Shown here: piece after piece, positions 53,243 to 62,548 of the stretch
How the letters are laid out: every line of letters starts with the position of its first letter
How positions within the stretch are numbered: position 1 is the stretch's first letter
Assembly: GCA_030246985.1 (NCBI GenBank)
Contig: CP107246.1
Location: forward strand, 372,282 to 436,281
From: Candidatus Nitricoxidivorans perseverans
GTDB taxonomy: Bacteria > Pseudomonadota > Gammaproteobacteria > Burkholderiales > Rhodocyclaceae
DNA: 64,000 nucleotides
Reading direction: 5' to 3'
The notes under the pieces: model-generated
The model's input: the letters and a program-made list of their open reading frames with translations, nothing else
What the model was told of the DNA's origin: nothing
Database searches by the model: none
Translations under genes and position numbers: made by a program

Positions 53243-53929
53243 ATGAAATCCCCCCTCCTGCGCACCGGCATCCTGCTCGCCGCCCTGATGTTCGGGGCGA
53301 CCGTGCTCGCCGTGGTGATGCGCCCATCGCACAAGATTGCCGATCAGGGGCAGAAGATCGATCTCGAAGCCATGATCCCGAAGCGGTTCGGGGAGTGGCG
53401 GATGGTGGAAGAGCGGGATCGCCAGATGATCAGCCCGGAAGTCCTGGCGAAGCTGGACCGGATCTACAACCAAATCCTGTCGCGAATCTACGTCGATGGC
53501 AAAGGGGCGCGCGTGATGCTCTCCATCGCCTACGGCAGCGATCAATCCGACAGCATGAGCGTGCATTTGCCCGAGGTCTGCTATCCGTCGCAGGGATTTG
53601 AAATGCTGAAGAAAAGCACAGGCCGCCTCGGTCTGGGCGACGCGTCCATCCCGGTAAAGCGCCTGGTGGCCAGGCAGGGCCGCCGGATCGAGCCCATCAC
53701 TTATTGGATCACCGTGGGGGATCGGGCGGTCGCCGGCCGCCTGGACAGAAAGCTGGCGCAAGTGCGCTTCGGCCTCACCGGCAGCGTGCCGGACGGCATG
53801 CTGGTTCGGGTGTCGAGCATCGATGCCGACAGCGAGACCGCCCATGCCATGCACGCGGGATTCATAAAGGACATGTACGCCTCCATGGGCCGGGTGGAGC
53901 GAGACCGCCTGTTCGGCGTCAACGGATAA
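53243..53929 (+). CDS. epsI: EpsI-family exosortase-associated protein
   Basis: 228 aa from MKSPLLRTGILLAALMFGATVLAVV (ATG 53237 is an alternative). N-terminal TM helix, then IPKRFGEWRMVEE...SIAYGSDQSDSMSVHLPEVCYPSQGF, typical of EpsI/transmembrane exosortase partner proteins. Confidence 0.8.
   Translation: MKSPLLRTGILLAALMFGATVLAVVMRPSHKIADQGQKIDLEAMIPKRFGEWRMVEERDRQMISPEVLAKLDRIYNQILSRIYVDGKGARVMLSIAYGSDQSDSMSVHLPEVCYPSQGFEMLKKSTGRLGLGDASIPVKRLVARQGRRIEPITYWITVGDRAVAGRLDRKLAQVRFGLTGSVPDGMLVRVSSIDADSETAHAMHAGFIKDMYASMGRVERDRLFGVNG
53259..53317. repeat. 59-bp perfect direct repeat, copy 2
   Basis: Identical to 51585-51643. It lies in the 5' end of the intact epsI. Confidence 0.95.
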
Positions 53930-53943
53930 CGGGAAGAACCAGA

Positions 53944-55470
53944 ATGCGCTCCGCAGCCTTCGCTCCCGCCTTGCCGGGCAAACATGCCCGGCAACACAAC
54001 GCCGCTCTTGCCTACGCCGGCATCGCGTCCGGAGCCGTCCTGCTCGCCGTGCTGTTCGGGCTCGTCGCAGTGACGGCCAATCCGATCTTCATCGGGTTGG
54101 CCGTCGGGCTGCTGGCGGGCGTCTTGCTGCTGGGCAATGTCAGCTGGACGATCTGGTCGATATTCGGGCTCGGGTTGTTCGTCGTCGGCGTGTTGCCCCT
54201 ATGGGTGGAGGGCTATGCCTCCAAAGCGGTTTGGGGCGTTTCCCTCCTGGGCCTGCTGCTGTTGGCCGGCACCCTGCTCAGGGCGCTGGCCAACCCCGCC
54301 GTCACGCGCGGCGCCCCGCCCTTCGTCTGGTTGGCTCTGTCGTTTCTCATTTACGCCTCGGCCGACGGCCTGGCCCACTGGGGCGGTCCGACGCAATTTT
54401 TCAGCGGTTTCAAGAGTTATTTCCAGGTCTTTGGCCTGATCTTCGCGCTGGCCTGGTTGCGCGTGGACGAGGGAAACGTCCGCCAGTGGCGCAAACTGTT
54501 CGTCATTCTCGCCCTCGTGCAGTTGCCCTGGGCGATCTACGAGCTGATATGGCTGGTGCCCATCCGCGAGGGGCTGCGCCACGCCTATCCCCTGCTCGTG
54601 CCCATCGACGTCGTCGCGGGCACCTTCGGGGCCAGTCTCCATGCAGGCGGGGCCAATGGCGAGATGGCGGCCTTCCTGATCATCGCCCTGGTATTCCTGC
54701 TGGCGCGCTGGCGCGAAAAGGCGCTGACCGCGCGTCGGGTGATGTTGTTCGCCCCGATCATCCTCGCCCCGCTGTTCATGGGGGAGACCAAGGCGGTCGT
54801 GGTCATGCTGCCCCTGGCGTTCGCCACGCTGTATCGGCGCGAGTTGCTGGCCCGTCCGCACTACGCGCTGGCGGGCCTGCTGGTGGGTGCCTTGCTGACC
54901 GTCGCGGCGGGTTATGCCTACTTGAGTCAACAGAAGAAGACGCTCGAACAGTATGTCGCAGGTACGCTTTCCTACAATGTCTATGAGGGGGGTTATGGCG
55001 GTCGCGAATTGAATCGCACCACGGTGCTCACCTTCTGGGCGAAACAGCACGGGCTGCACGACCCGGTCGGCACCGTGTTCGGCCATGGCCTCGGCAGCAC
55101 GAGCGAAAACGCCGGGGGGCAGATGGCGAGGCGCTACGCCGGCAAAGGGATCGGCCTGACCGCCGCCTCCAGATTGCTATGGGAACAAGGGCTGGGCGGA
55201 ATGCTGTTGTTCCTGTCCATCCTGCTCGCCGCCTGGCGGGCGGCGGGAAGACTGTGGCGCCAGACCGGCGATGCCGCGATTCGGGCCGACGCCGCCGCCA
55301 TTCAGGCCGCCCTGCCGGTGTTCGCCTTTTTCCTGGTCTATCGTGCCGCCTTGGTGGAAGGCAGGGTCTTTCAGATCGTCTTCGCAGCCATGCTCGGCTA
55401 CCTCGCCTGGTTGTGCCGCCAACAAGCGGATGCCGGCCCCGGCCCTCTTTCCGCCCGGCATGAAGGCTAA
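53944..55470 (+). CDS. O-antigen ligase/polymerase-like membrane protein (exosortase A-associated putative O-glycosylation ligase type)
   Basis: 508 aa from MRSAAFAPAL (within ORF 53704..55470). Many TM helices. Position after epsI as in other XrtA loci (TIGR03097, from memory). Confidence 0.6.
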   Translation: MRSAAFAPALPGKHARQHNAALAYAGIASGAVLLAVLFGLVAVTANPIFIGLAVGLLAGVLLLGNVSWTIWSIFGLGLFVVGVLPLWVEGYASKAVWGVSLLGLLLLAGTLLRALANPAVTRGAPPFVWLALSFLIYASADGLAHWGGPTQFFSGFKSYFQVFGLIFALAWLRVDEGNVRQWRKLFVILALVQLPWAIYELIWLVPIREGLRHAYPLLVPIDVVAGTFGASLHAGGANGEMAAFLIIALVFLLARWREKALTARRVMLFAPIILAPLFMGETKAVVVMLPLAFATLYRRELLARPHYALAGLLVGALLTVAAGYAYLSQQKKTLEQYVAGTLSYNVYEGGYGGRELNRTTVLTFWAKQHGLHDPVGTVFGHGLGSTSENAGGQMARRYAGKGIGLTAASRLLWEQGLGGMLLFLSILLAAWRAAGRLWRQTGDAAIRADAAAIQAALPVFAFFLVYRAALVEGRVFQIVFAAMLGYLAWLCRQQADAGPGPLSARHEG

Positions 55471-56983
55471 TCCATACTCCGGCGCCGCTCTCCGGCGCAG
55501 CGCCTGGCACTTCCTGAGCGGCAAGGGAATATCGGCCCTGCTCACCCTGGCCTTGCTGCTGTGGCTGGTGCGTCTGCTGCCCGTCGCGGAGTATGGCGCG
55601 TACGTCACGCTGGTTGCGGGCATGGAAATCATGTTGGCCGTCGCGCGCATCGGCCTGCCCTGGATGGCCTCGCGCTACCTGCCGGAATATCGCCTGCATG
55701 CGCCCGGCGTGCGCATCGCCGGTCTGGTGGCTCAATTCGTCTCCTTGCATGCCGGGGCACTGACGGGTTTCGCTTTGCTGTTCTGGCTGCTGCTGCCGCC
55801 ATACCTTGCCTGGGCCGGGCTCGGCGCCTATGACGAAGCGTCCCGGCTCTATCTCCTGGTGCTGTTGGCCGAAGGGATTGGCAGCTTTGTGCGCGAGCCG
55901 ATTCTGGGGCTGCTCATGCAGCAGGGTGTCGGACGCGCCAGCCTGGTGCTGCGCCAGCTGTCCTTTCTGACGTTATTGGCGGGTCTCGCGCTCGAAGGTC
56001 AAGTGCATCTGATCGACGTTGTCCGGGCCGAACTGGCGGCTTCCATCGTCGGAAGCCTGGTCGCCCTTGCCGGTCTCGGCCGCCATGTTTCCACCTTGCG
56101 CGCGCTTCCCGGCCAGCCGGCATGGCGCGAACCCCGCTGGCCCGAGATGTGGCGCGTGGCCTGGAACATGCACGCCGCCCATATGCTCACCCTGCTATAT
56201 AGCCCTCAGATATTGACCGTGCTCATTCAACGCGCGCTGGGGGCGGAGGCCACTGCCGTGTTCGGCTTCATGCGCAATCTCTATCAGCAGATTGCCCATA
56301 ATCTTCCCGCGCAACTGATGATCAGCCTGGTGCGACCGAAGCTGGTGGCGTCCTACGTGAGCGGCGGCATCGGCGAACTCACCCGCAACGCCAATCTCGT
56401 CGGCAAGCTGAGCCTGTTCATCGTTTTTCCATTGCTGGCCGTCGCGGGCCTCGGTTCCGAAAACATCATCGCGCTGCTGTCCGGCGGCAAGTTCGGCCAT
56501 ACCGGCTGGCTGTTTTTCGGTTTCATGCTGACGCTCGTTCCGTTGAGCCAGCAGCGAATACTGGAGACCGTCGCAGTGGCCAGCGGGCAAAGCAATCTCT
56601 GTACTTGGGCAGCCGCCAGCGGGGTGCTGATACTGCCCGTTATGCTCGGCCTTATGCAAGCTGGACTCGGCCTTTGGTCGGCAATCATCGCGCTGCTCGT
56701 CGGCCAAACCCAGTTCAACGCGATCCTGCTTACTGGATTGGTCCGTGCCACCGATTACCGGCCGGACATGATCGCCCCGCTCAAGATGACAGCATCATCG
56801 GTTGTCGCATATTTAATCACGGCCAATTCCCTCGGTTGGATCGGCGACGGCATGTTTCTGTTGTTTGTTCAGATGGCTGTAATTTCGATGTGTTATCTGC
56901 TGATGGCCATGCTGACGAAACCGTTCGGCGAGGACGAGCGTAAGCGGCTCAATTCGTTGCTAAGGGGGAGGCTTTTTGTCTGA
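55460..56983 (+). CDS. Polysaccharide flippase (Wzx/MOP superfamily)
   Basis: 507 aa from MKANPYSGAALRRSAWHFLSGKGISALLTL. Polytopic. 11-nt overlap with the upstream gene. Confidence 0.7.
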   Translation: MKANPYSGAALRRSAWHFLSGKGISALLTLALLLWLVRLLPVAEYGAYVTLVAGMEIMLAVARIGLPWMASRYLPEYRLHAPGVRIAGLVAQFVSLHAGALTGFALLFWLLLPPYLAWAGLGAYDEASRLYLLVLLAEGIGSFVREPILGLLMQQGVGRASLVLRQLSFLTLLAGLALEGQVHLIDVVRAELAASIVGSLVALAGLGRHVSTLRALPGQPAWREPRWPEMWRVAWNMHAAHMLTLLYSPQILTVLIQRALGAEATAVFGFMRNLYQQIAHNLPAQLMISLVRPKLVASYVSGGIGELTRNANLVGKLSLFIVFPLLAVAGLGSENIIALLSGGKFGHTGWLFFGFMLTLVPLSQQRILETVAVASGQSNLCTWAAASGVLILPVMLGLMQAGLGLWSAIIALLVGQTQFNAILLTGLVRATDYRPDMIAPLKMTASSVVAYLITANSLGWIGDGMFLLFVQMAVISMCYLLMAMLTKPFGEDERKRLNSLLRGRLFV

Positions 56984-57012
56984 CGCGGTGGGAGTGGGAA
57001 TAGGAGAAACCG

Positions 57013-57639
57013 ATGATCGAGCACACTATTAAATGGCGCGTGAAACATTTTTGTACGAAGTGGTGCCCCACTCTTTATTTTCTAATTAAATATTCGAGAG
57101 CTGCTCGGCGACTGGGAGGAATGGAATTGCGGCAGCGCGAGGCTTTCAGGTTATTCTTGAGCAACGCTGCAAAGCAGGAAGCTTGTCTCCAGATCGGCGT
57201 AAAGGATGAGTTTGGAGGGAAGTTCGGCGCTAATTGGGTGAGCGTCGATAAGTATGATACGCGGCCCTTCATCGATTTCCAGCAGGACGTCCAGTCGCTC
57301 CAGTTTGAGGACGATCGCTTTGGTGCGATAGCTTGTATCGCTGTGCTCGAAATGGTTGAAGATCCACAAAGGGCCATACAGGAACTCTACCGAGTATTGA
57401 AACCGGGTGGCGAGATATGGATCCAGCTTCCTTTTAATTTCCCGTATATGGGAGGGACTGATAAGACGCTGCGCGACTACTGGCGAGCAAGTCCGGATGG
57501 CCTGCGTTTGTGGATGAGGGGCTTCGAGGAAATATGTTGTGGAAACTTTCAGCACGTACGCAGTTCGTTGGTGAATTCGACGTTTTATTATGGCAGGAAG
57601 CCACAGAAGGAATGCGACTCAGGTTCCCTACAGGAATAG
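57013..57639 (+). CDS. Class I SAM-dependent methyltransferase
   Basis: 208 aa. FEDDRFGAIACIAVLEMVEDPQRAIQELYRVLKPGGEIWIQ is the Methyltransf_11-type post-I/II region. Low-GC gene. Confidence 0.65.
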   Translation: MIEHTIKWRVKHFCTKWCPTLYFLIKYSRAARRLGGMELRQREAFRLFLSNAAKQEACLQIGVKDEFGGKFGANWVSVDKYDTRPFIDFQQDVQSLQFEDDRFGAIACIAVLEMVEDPQRAIQELYRVLKPGGEIWIQLPFNFPYMGGTDKTLRDYWRASPDGLRLWMRGFEEICCGNFQHVRSSLVNSTFYYGRKPQKECDSGSLQE

Positions 57640-57665
57640 AATCCGCCTTGCTACGGGTAAGGACG

Positions 57666-58601
57666 ATGCCGCGGCTTCGCGAGGAAAGCGCCAATCCGCT
57701 GGTCAGGCTTGCCGCGCGGGCTCAACGTAGGCTGTTCTACCGGAATCAGTGGTTCATCCATCTGGACAGACATGGAGCCGAGCCGCTCCGTGCGATATCC
57801 GGGAATGATGGCTTTGATCTGTTGCCGCCACCGGACAGATTCTGGGCCGACCCTTTTCCTTGGACGACCAGCGACGGAAGAAACTATGTCTTCGTCGAAG
57901 AACTGCCATTCAGCACCGCCAAGGGCCACATCAGCGCGCTGGAATTCAGCCCAACTGGTGAACTGCTGGCCAACACGCCGGCGATCAGCCAGCCATGGCA
58001 TCTTTCCTACCCGTTCATCTTCGAATGGCATGGCGAGCGCTGGATGCTGCCGGAGGCGGGTGCCAGCCGGCAGCTAACGCTTTACCGTTGCGCCGACTTC
58101 CCGGGACGTTGGGTTGCCGAGAAGAACCTGCTCGACAATCTGCGTTATGCCGACCCTACTTTGGTCGAGTTGGATGGCAGATGGTGGCTCTTCGTCACCG
58201 TCGCCGGTCCAAGCGGGAGCATCCACGAATATCTGCACCTTTACTATGCCGATACACCGTTGGGGCCGTTCGAGCCGCATCCAGCCAATCCGGTCCGCCG
58301 GGGTGGAGTCGGTGCGCGCCCGGCCGGCAAACTCTTCCATCACGGAGGGGAGCTCTATCGACCAGCGCAGGATTGCTCTCGTGTTTATGGCCTGCGCACG
58401 GTGATCCAGCGGATTGATCGCATTTCCGTTACCGAGTATGGCGAAACGACCTGTGGTGCGATCGATCCCGGCTGGCACCCCGCTGTATTGCGCACTCATA
58501 CCCTCAATATTCAGGGCGGGTGGCGTGCGGTGGATGCCTTGCGCTGGATCCCCCGTAAAGCCCCCTTCTCTATTCGCGATACGCTGGAGTCGCCCGCATG
58601 A
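57666..58601 (+). CDS. Uncharacterised protein (possible beta-propeller carbohydrate-active fold)
   Basis: 311 aa from MPRLREESANP (AAGGA RBS; within ORF 57510..58601). FWADPFPW...GRNYVFVEE...KGHISA...YPFIFEWHGERWMLPE pattern. No confident family assignment. Confidence 0.45.
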   Translation: MPRLREESANPLVRLAARAQRRLFYRNQWFIHLDRHGAEPLRAISGNDGFDLLPPPDRFWADPFPWTTSDGRNYVFVEELPFSTAKGHISALEFSPTGELLANTPAISQPWHLSYPFIFEWHGERWMLPEAGASRQLTLYRCADFPGRWVAEKNLLDNLRYADPTLVELDGRWWLFVTVAGPSGSIHEYLHLYYADTPLGPFEPHPANPVRRGGVGARPAGKLFHHGGELYRPAQDCSRVYGLRTVIQRIDRISVTEYGETTCGAIDPGWHPAVLRTHTLNIQGGWRAVDALRWIPRKAPFSIRDTLESPA

Positions 58602-59404
58602 AGATGCTCAAGAAGCTCAAAAGAAAACTCACATCTAGTCCATGGCCCGAATTCGCCTATCAAGTCAGGGGGACGCAGGAAAAGCTGCTCATCCGGCTCG
58701 ACGACTTTCCCGATTCCGTATTGGTCACGGGCTGCCAGCGTTCAGGCACGACCATGCTGGCTCGGATAATCACGCAGAGCGACGGCATGGCCGATTACTG
58801 GTTCAGCCACGACGACGAGCATGACGCGGCATCCATTCTTGCAGGTCGCGTGCCGCATGCACCCAAGGGGCGCTATTGCTTCCAGACCACCTACCTTAAT
58901 GAGCGATATCCGGAATATGCCGAGCATCCGGGCCACTATCTCGTCTGGGTATTGCGCAATCCCGCCTCGGTGGTGCATTCGATGCTCTACAACTGGAAGG
59001 ACTTCGCCCTGAACGAGTTGTTTCTGGCCTGCGGCTACAATTGGATGGATCATGCCGACCGGGTGCGCTTTCTGCGGTCGGGCTTGGCCGGTATTCCGCG
59101 CATCCGCCGCGCGGCCTATGCCTACAACGGCAAGGTGAGCCAACTTGCCGAAGTGAAGCGCAATTATCCCTCCGAGCGCATGGTGATTCTCGAATACGAC
59201 GAACTTGTCCGGGAAAAGGAGGTGCTGCTGCCCAGGCTTTACGAGCGCATCGCCCTGCGTTACCGGCCGGAGTATGCGGCGTCGATCCGTGCCGGCAGCC
59301 TGAAGAATAAAGACGGACTGAGTCAGGATGAGGCCCGCCAAGTGGAAGCGATCTGCACTCCGGCGTATCAGAACGTCCTGCCCCAGCTGACATTGACGCG
59401 ATGA
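58598..59404 (+). CDS. Sulfotransferase family protein
   Basis: 268 aa. VLVTGCQRSGTTMLARII = 5'-PSB loop-like motif. ATGA-type overlaps with both neighbours. Confidence 0.6.
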   Translation: MKMLKKLKRKLTSSPWPEFAYQVRGTQEKLLIRLDDFPDSVLVTGCQRSGTTMLARIITQSDGMADYWFSHDDEHDAASILAGRVPHAPKGRYCFQTTYLNERYPEYAEHPGHYLVWVLRNPASVVHSMLYNWKDFALNELFLACGYNWMDHADRVRFLRSGLAGIPRIRRAAYAYNGKVSQLAEVKRNYPSERMVILEYDELVREKEVLLPRLYERIALRYRPEYAASIRAGSLKNKDGLSQDEARQVEAICTPAYQNVLPQLTLTR

Positions 59405-60669
59405 AGTGCAAGCTGCGCCTCCTGTTCTTCACCGCCGAGCCTTGGCCGACCTTCCGGGCCGATGTCGCGGTGCTGTTCGGCAAGGAGCTACCGAGGCAGG
59501 GTATCTGCGCCGATCTGGTCGCGCTGAAGGCGGCTGACGGCGATGAAGTGGAATGGGGGGGCGGCAAGGCGCGCTTGTGCGCCGCGAAGGGCGGCAAGCT
59601 GCGGCGGATGGTAGCGGCATGGCTGCACCGCTGGCGCTGTCTGGCAAGCGTCCGCGCGGTTAACTACCAAGCGATCCAGGTCCGGGATCTACCTATCTTC
59701 GCGGCATTTGCCGGATTTGTCGCCCGCTGGAAGGACATCCCGTTTTATTATTGGATGTCCTACCCGATTCCCGATGGGCAAATGGAGTTGGCTCGTGCGC
59801 GCGGGCTTTCCGCTGGAGTCGTAAAGTGGGCTTATAACCTGTTGTCCGGCATGCTGGGGCGCTGGCTGCTTTACGGCCATGTGCTGCCACGGGCCGACCA
59901 CGTTTTCGTGCAATCCGACCGGATGCGCGACGATCTCGTGACCATCGGCATCGACCGGGAAAAGATGACTCCGGTGCCGATGGGCGTCGACTGGCCGGCG
60001 ATCAGCCGGCTGGCAAACCAGCCGCCGGCCGACGCCCCGCGACTGCGCGACCGTCGGGTGCTGATCTATCTCGGCACCCAGGTCAGGCCGCGCCGCCTCG
60101 AAGTCCTTTTCGAGATGCTGGCCCTGGTGCGGCGACAGATTCCGGAGGCGTTGTTGGTGCTCGTGGGCGACGTCGACGATCCCGAGCATCGCGCATGGTT
60201 GCGGAAGCAGGCGGAGGAGGCTGGCGTCGCCGAGCACGTGGTCTGGACTGGCTGGTTGCCGATGGAGGAGGGGTGGCGCTATATCCGCGCTGCCGAGGTC
60301 GGGCTGTCGCCTTTTCCCCGTAGCTATCTGCTCGATAGCGCCTCGCCGACCAAGGTGCCGGAATACCTGGCCTTGGGCGTTCCCGTGGTGTGCAACGATA
60401 ATCCGGATCAGGCCGCGATGCTCGCGGCTTGCGATGCTGGGCTATGCGTGCCTTACACAGCAGAACATTTCGCCGAGGCTGTATTGAAACTGCTGGCCCT
60501 AGATGATGGGGAACGGGGGAAGTTGGTCGGTGCTGGCAGGCGATATGTAGAGAATAATCGCGATTACCGCAGACTCGGAGCCACTTTGGCGGGCACATAT
60601 TATTCATTGGCAGGGTTTCCATCGGCAAGCATGGCCATTGCTGATATTCCTAAGCAGACAAATAAATAG
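59401..60669 (+). CDS. Glycosyltransferase family 4 (GT-B)
   Basis: 422 aa. ...LVLVGDVDDPEHRAWLRKQAEEAGVAEHVVWTGWL...GLSPFPRSYLLDSASPTKVPEYLALGVPVVCND (EX7E-type region). Confidence 0.75.
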   Translation: MKCKLRLLFFTAEPWPTFRADVAVLFGKELPRQGICADLVALKAADGDEVEWGGGKARLCAAKGGKLRRMVAAWLHRWRCLASVRAVNYQAIQVRDLPIFAAFAGFVARWKDIPFYYWMSYPIPDGQMELARARGLSAGVVKWAYNLLSGMLGRWLLYGHVLPRADHVFVQSDRMRDDLVTIGIDREKMTPVPMGVDWPAISRLANQPPADAPRLRDRRVLIYLGTQVRPRRLEVLFEMLALVRRQIPEALLVLVGDVDDPEHRAWLRKQAEEAGVAEHVVWTGWLPMEEGWRYIRAAEVGLSPFPRSYLLDSASPTKVPEYLALGVPVVCNDNPDQAAMLAACDAGLCVPYTAEHFAEAVLKLLALDDGERGKLVGAGRRYVENNRDYRRLGATLAGTYYSLAGFPSASMAIADIPKQTNK

Positions 60670-60670
60670 C

Positions 60671-61561
60671 ATGCACTCAATTAACCCAGTTTTCTTGTTG
60701 GGCCCTGGTCGGTCGGGCACAACCCTTCTATATAAGATTCTGTCACTGCATCCAGAAGTTGGCTTCATCAGCAACTACGATGAGCGATTTTCAAATCACC
60801 TGCCGACACCATTGTTAAGTCGTTTATTGGCGCCCCGGCTCCAGCTTAAGCAATGGTCGTGGTTCAACGATCATGGGAATGCCTATTTCAAGTCGCGGCC
60901 ATGGCTCAGGAAGCTGATCCCTACGCCCGTCGAGGGCGAAAGGATATTCTCCCGATCCGGAATGACGCTTGCCGAATGCGATACGGCGGCGTCTGCAACT
61001 ATTACCGAGAAACTGCGTAGAAACCTAATTTGGCTTCAAAGGCATCAAGGTTCGAAAGCGTTGCTGATCAAACGCACGGCGAACAACCGGCGTATTCCTT
61101 GTCTTGCGGCCGCGTTTCCGGAGGCCAGGTATCTATTTCTATTGCGGGATGGCCGATCTGTCGCCGATTCACTAACAAAGGTGCGGTGGTGGAATGATCA
61201 CCAAGTGTGGTGGGCAAACCACCAGACCCCACTGCAATTACAGAATAAGAGCCAGAGCATGCTGGGCATCGCGGCAAGAAACTGGACAGAGGAAATGCGG
61301 TGCATACAGTTCGGGCTTCGTGGTATTAAGCCAGAGAACGTCTTAATGGTTCGTTATGAGGAATTGCTTGATCGACCGCTTGAATGCCTCCATGTGATTT
61401 TGCAGTTCATTGGAGTTAAGCCGTGTGCCGAACACGATGCCGCCATAGCCGCGCGACGGCTTGCCAATCGTCGCGAATCATGGAGAGACTGGACCGCTGA
61501 TCAACTTGACTTGGTAATGTCGATTCAGCGCGAGTATTTGAAAATTTATGGTTATGTTTAA
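60671..61561 (+). CDS. Sulfotransferase family protein
   Basis: 296 aa from MHSINPVFLLGPGRSGTTLLYKILSLHPE (PAPS 5'-phosphate loop) and RDGRSVADS (3'-PB-like). Low GC. Confidence 0.75.
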   Translation: MHSINPVFLLGPGRSGTTLLYKILSLHPEVGFISNYDERFSNHLPTPLLSRLLAPRLQLKQWSWFNDHGNAYFKSRPWLRKLIPTPVEGERIFSRSGMTLAECDTAASATITEKLRRNLIWLQRHQGSKALLIKRTANNRRIPCLAAAFPEARYLFLLRDGRSVADSLTKVRWWNDHQVWWANHQTPLQLQNKSQSMLGIAARNWTEEMRCIQFGLRGIKPENVLMVRYEELLDRPLECLHVILQFIGVKPCAEHDAAIAARRLANRRESWRDWTADQLDLVMSIQREYLKIYGYV

Positions 61562-61563
61562 CG

Positions 61564-62544
61564 ATGAGACGTGAAGCCCCTGTATTCGTTGTTGGGATGA
61601 ATGGTTCCGGAACTACCATGCTGGCGGATAGTCTTGGCCGGCATCCAGAGCTTTTCATGCTTTGGGAGGAGTCCAAGGTATTGCCTTATTATCTCAATAA
61701 CAATGGGCCAGCAATTCTATTGGATAACATTGATGCCAGAAGAAATCTAATACGTGAAATAGGTGAGACGAAAGGATTCTGGCGAACCAACGGAATGCAG
61801 CCTTTGCTTGTGCCTGATGAATATATGGATGAGCCTGGCGTGCCGGGCGTTATTAGCGCTATTTATAAATATTTGGCAGCGAAAGAAGGGAAGACGCGAT
61901 GGGGCGATAAGTCTCCGAATAATACTTTTCACATTGCAAAACTGGCCGAAGCCTTTCCCGTTGCGCAATTTGTCCACATTATTCGAGATGGCCGGGATGC
62001 CGCATGCTCTTTTCATCGCCGTTGGAAATACGATCCGCTCCACACGATTGCGCGCTGGAAAGATGCTGTCGAATCTGGCCGTCAGCACGGAAGAGCACTT
62101 GCCGCAGGAAGATATATCGAAGTCTTTTATGAGAATTTGACCAGTAGCCCTGAAAGCGAGATGAGGAAGGTATGCGACTTTCTTGGCCTGCCCTTCGATG
62201 AGAAAGTCATAGAATCCGGGATGCCCCATTTTTCGGCGCTTGGATCGGACGGCAAGCATGTCGGCAGGATGGTTGCAAATTCAGGAAAGTGGCAGCGGTA
62301 TTTCAATGCGACTCAAATTGGAAAGATGGAGCAAATTGCCGGCAAACTGCTTTCGGAATGTGGTTATCAGGTTGCTGTTCGCGGAGATGACAAACCTGGT
62401 TCCTTGCGCAGGAAATATTGGCTCGCCAAGGATGGATTTGTCTATTCGCAGGGCGTATTCGTGAAATACGGAATCCGTGTCTTGCCTAGATATATCCGCC
62501 ATGTAAAGACCGCCATGAAGCAGTGGCGCTCGAATCGTAAGTGA
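61564..62544 (+). CDS. Sulfotransferase family protein
   Basis: 326 aa. VFVVGMNGSGTTMLADSLGRHPE, WGDKSPNN and HIIRDGRDAACSF are sulfotransferase motifs. Low GC. Confidence 0.8.
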   Translation: MRREAPVFVVGMNGSGTTMLADSLGRHPELFMLWEESKVLPYYLNNNGPAILLDNIDARRNLIREIGETKGFWRTNGMQPLLVPDEYMDEPGVPGVISAIYKYLAAKEGKTRWGDKSPNNTFHIAKLAEAFPVAQFVHIIRDGRDAACSFHRRWKYDPLHTIARWKDAVESGRQHGRALAAGRYIEVFYENLTSSPESEMRKVCDFLGLPFDEKVIESGMPHFSALGSDGKHVGRMVANSGKWQRYFNATQIGKMEQIAGKLLSECGYQVAVRGDDKPGSLRRKYWLAKDGFVYSQGVFVKYGIRVLPRYIRHVKTAMKQWRSNRK

Positions 62545-62548
62545 TACG

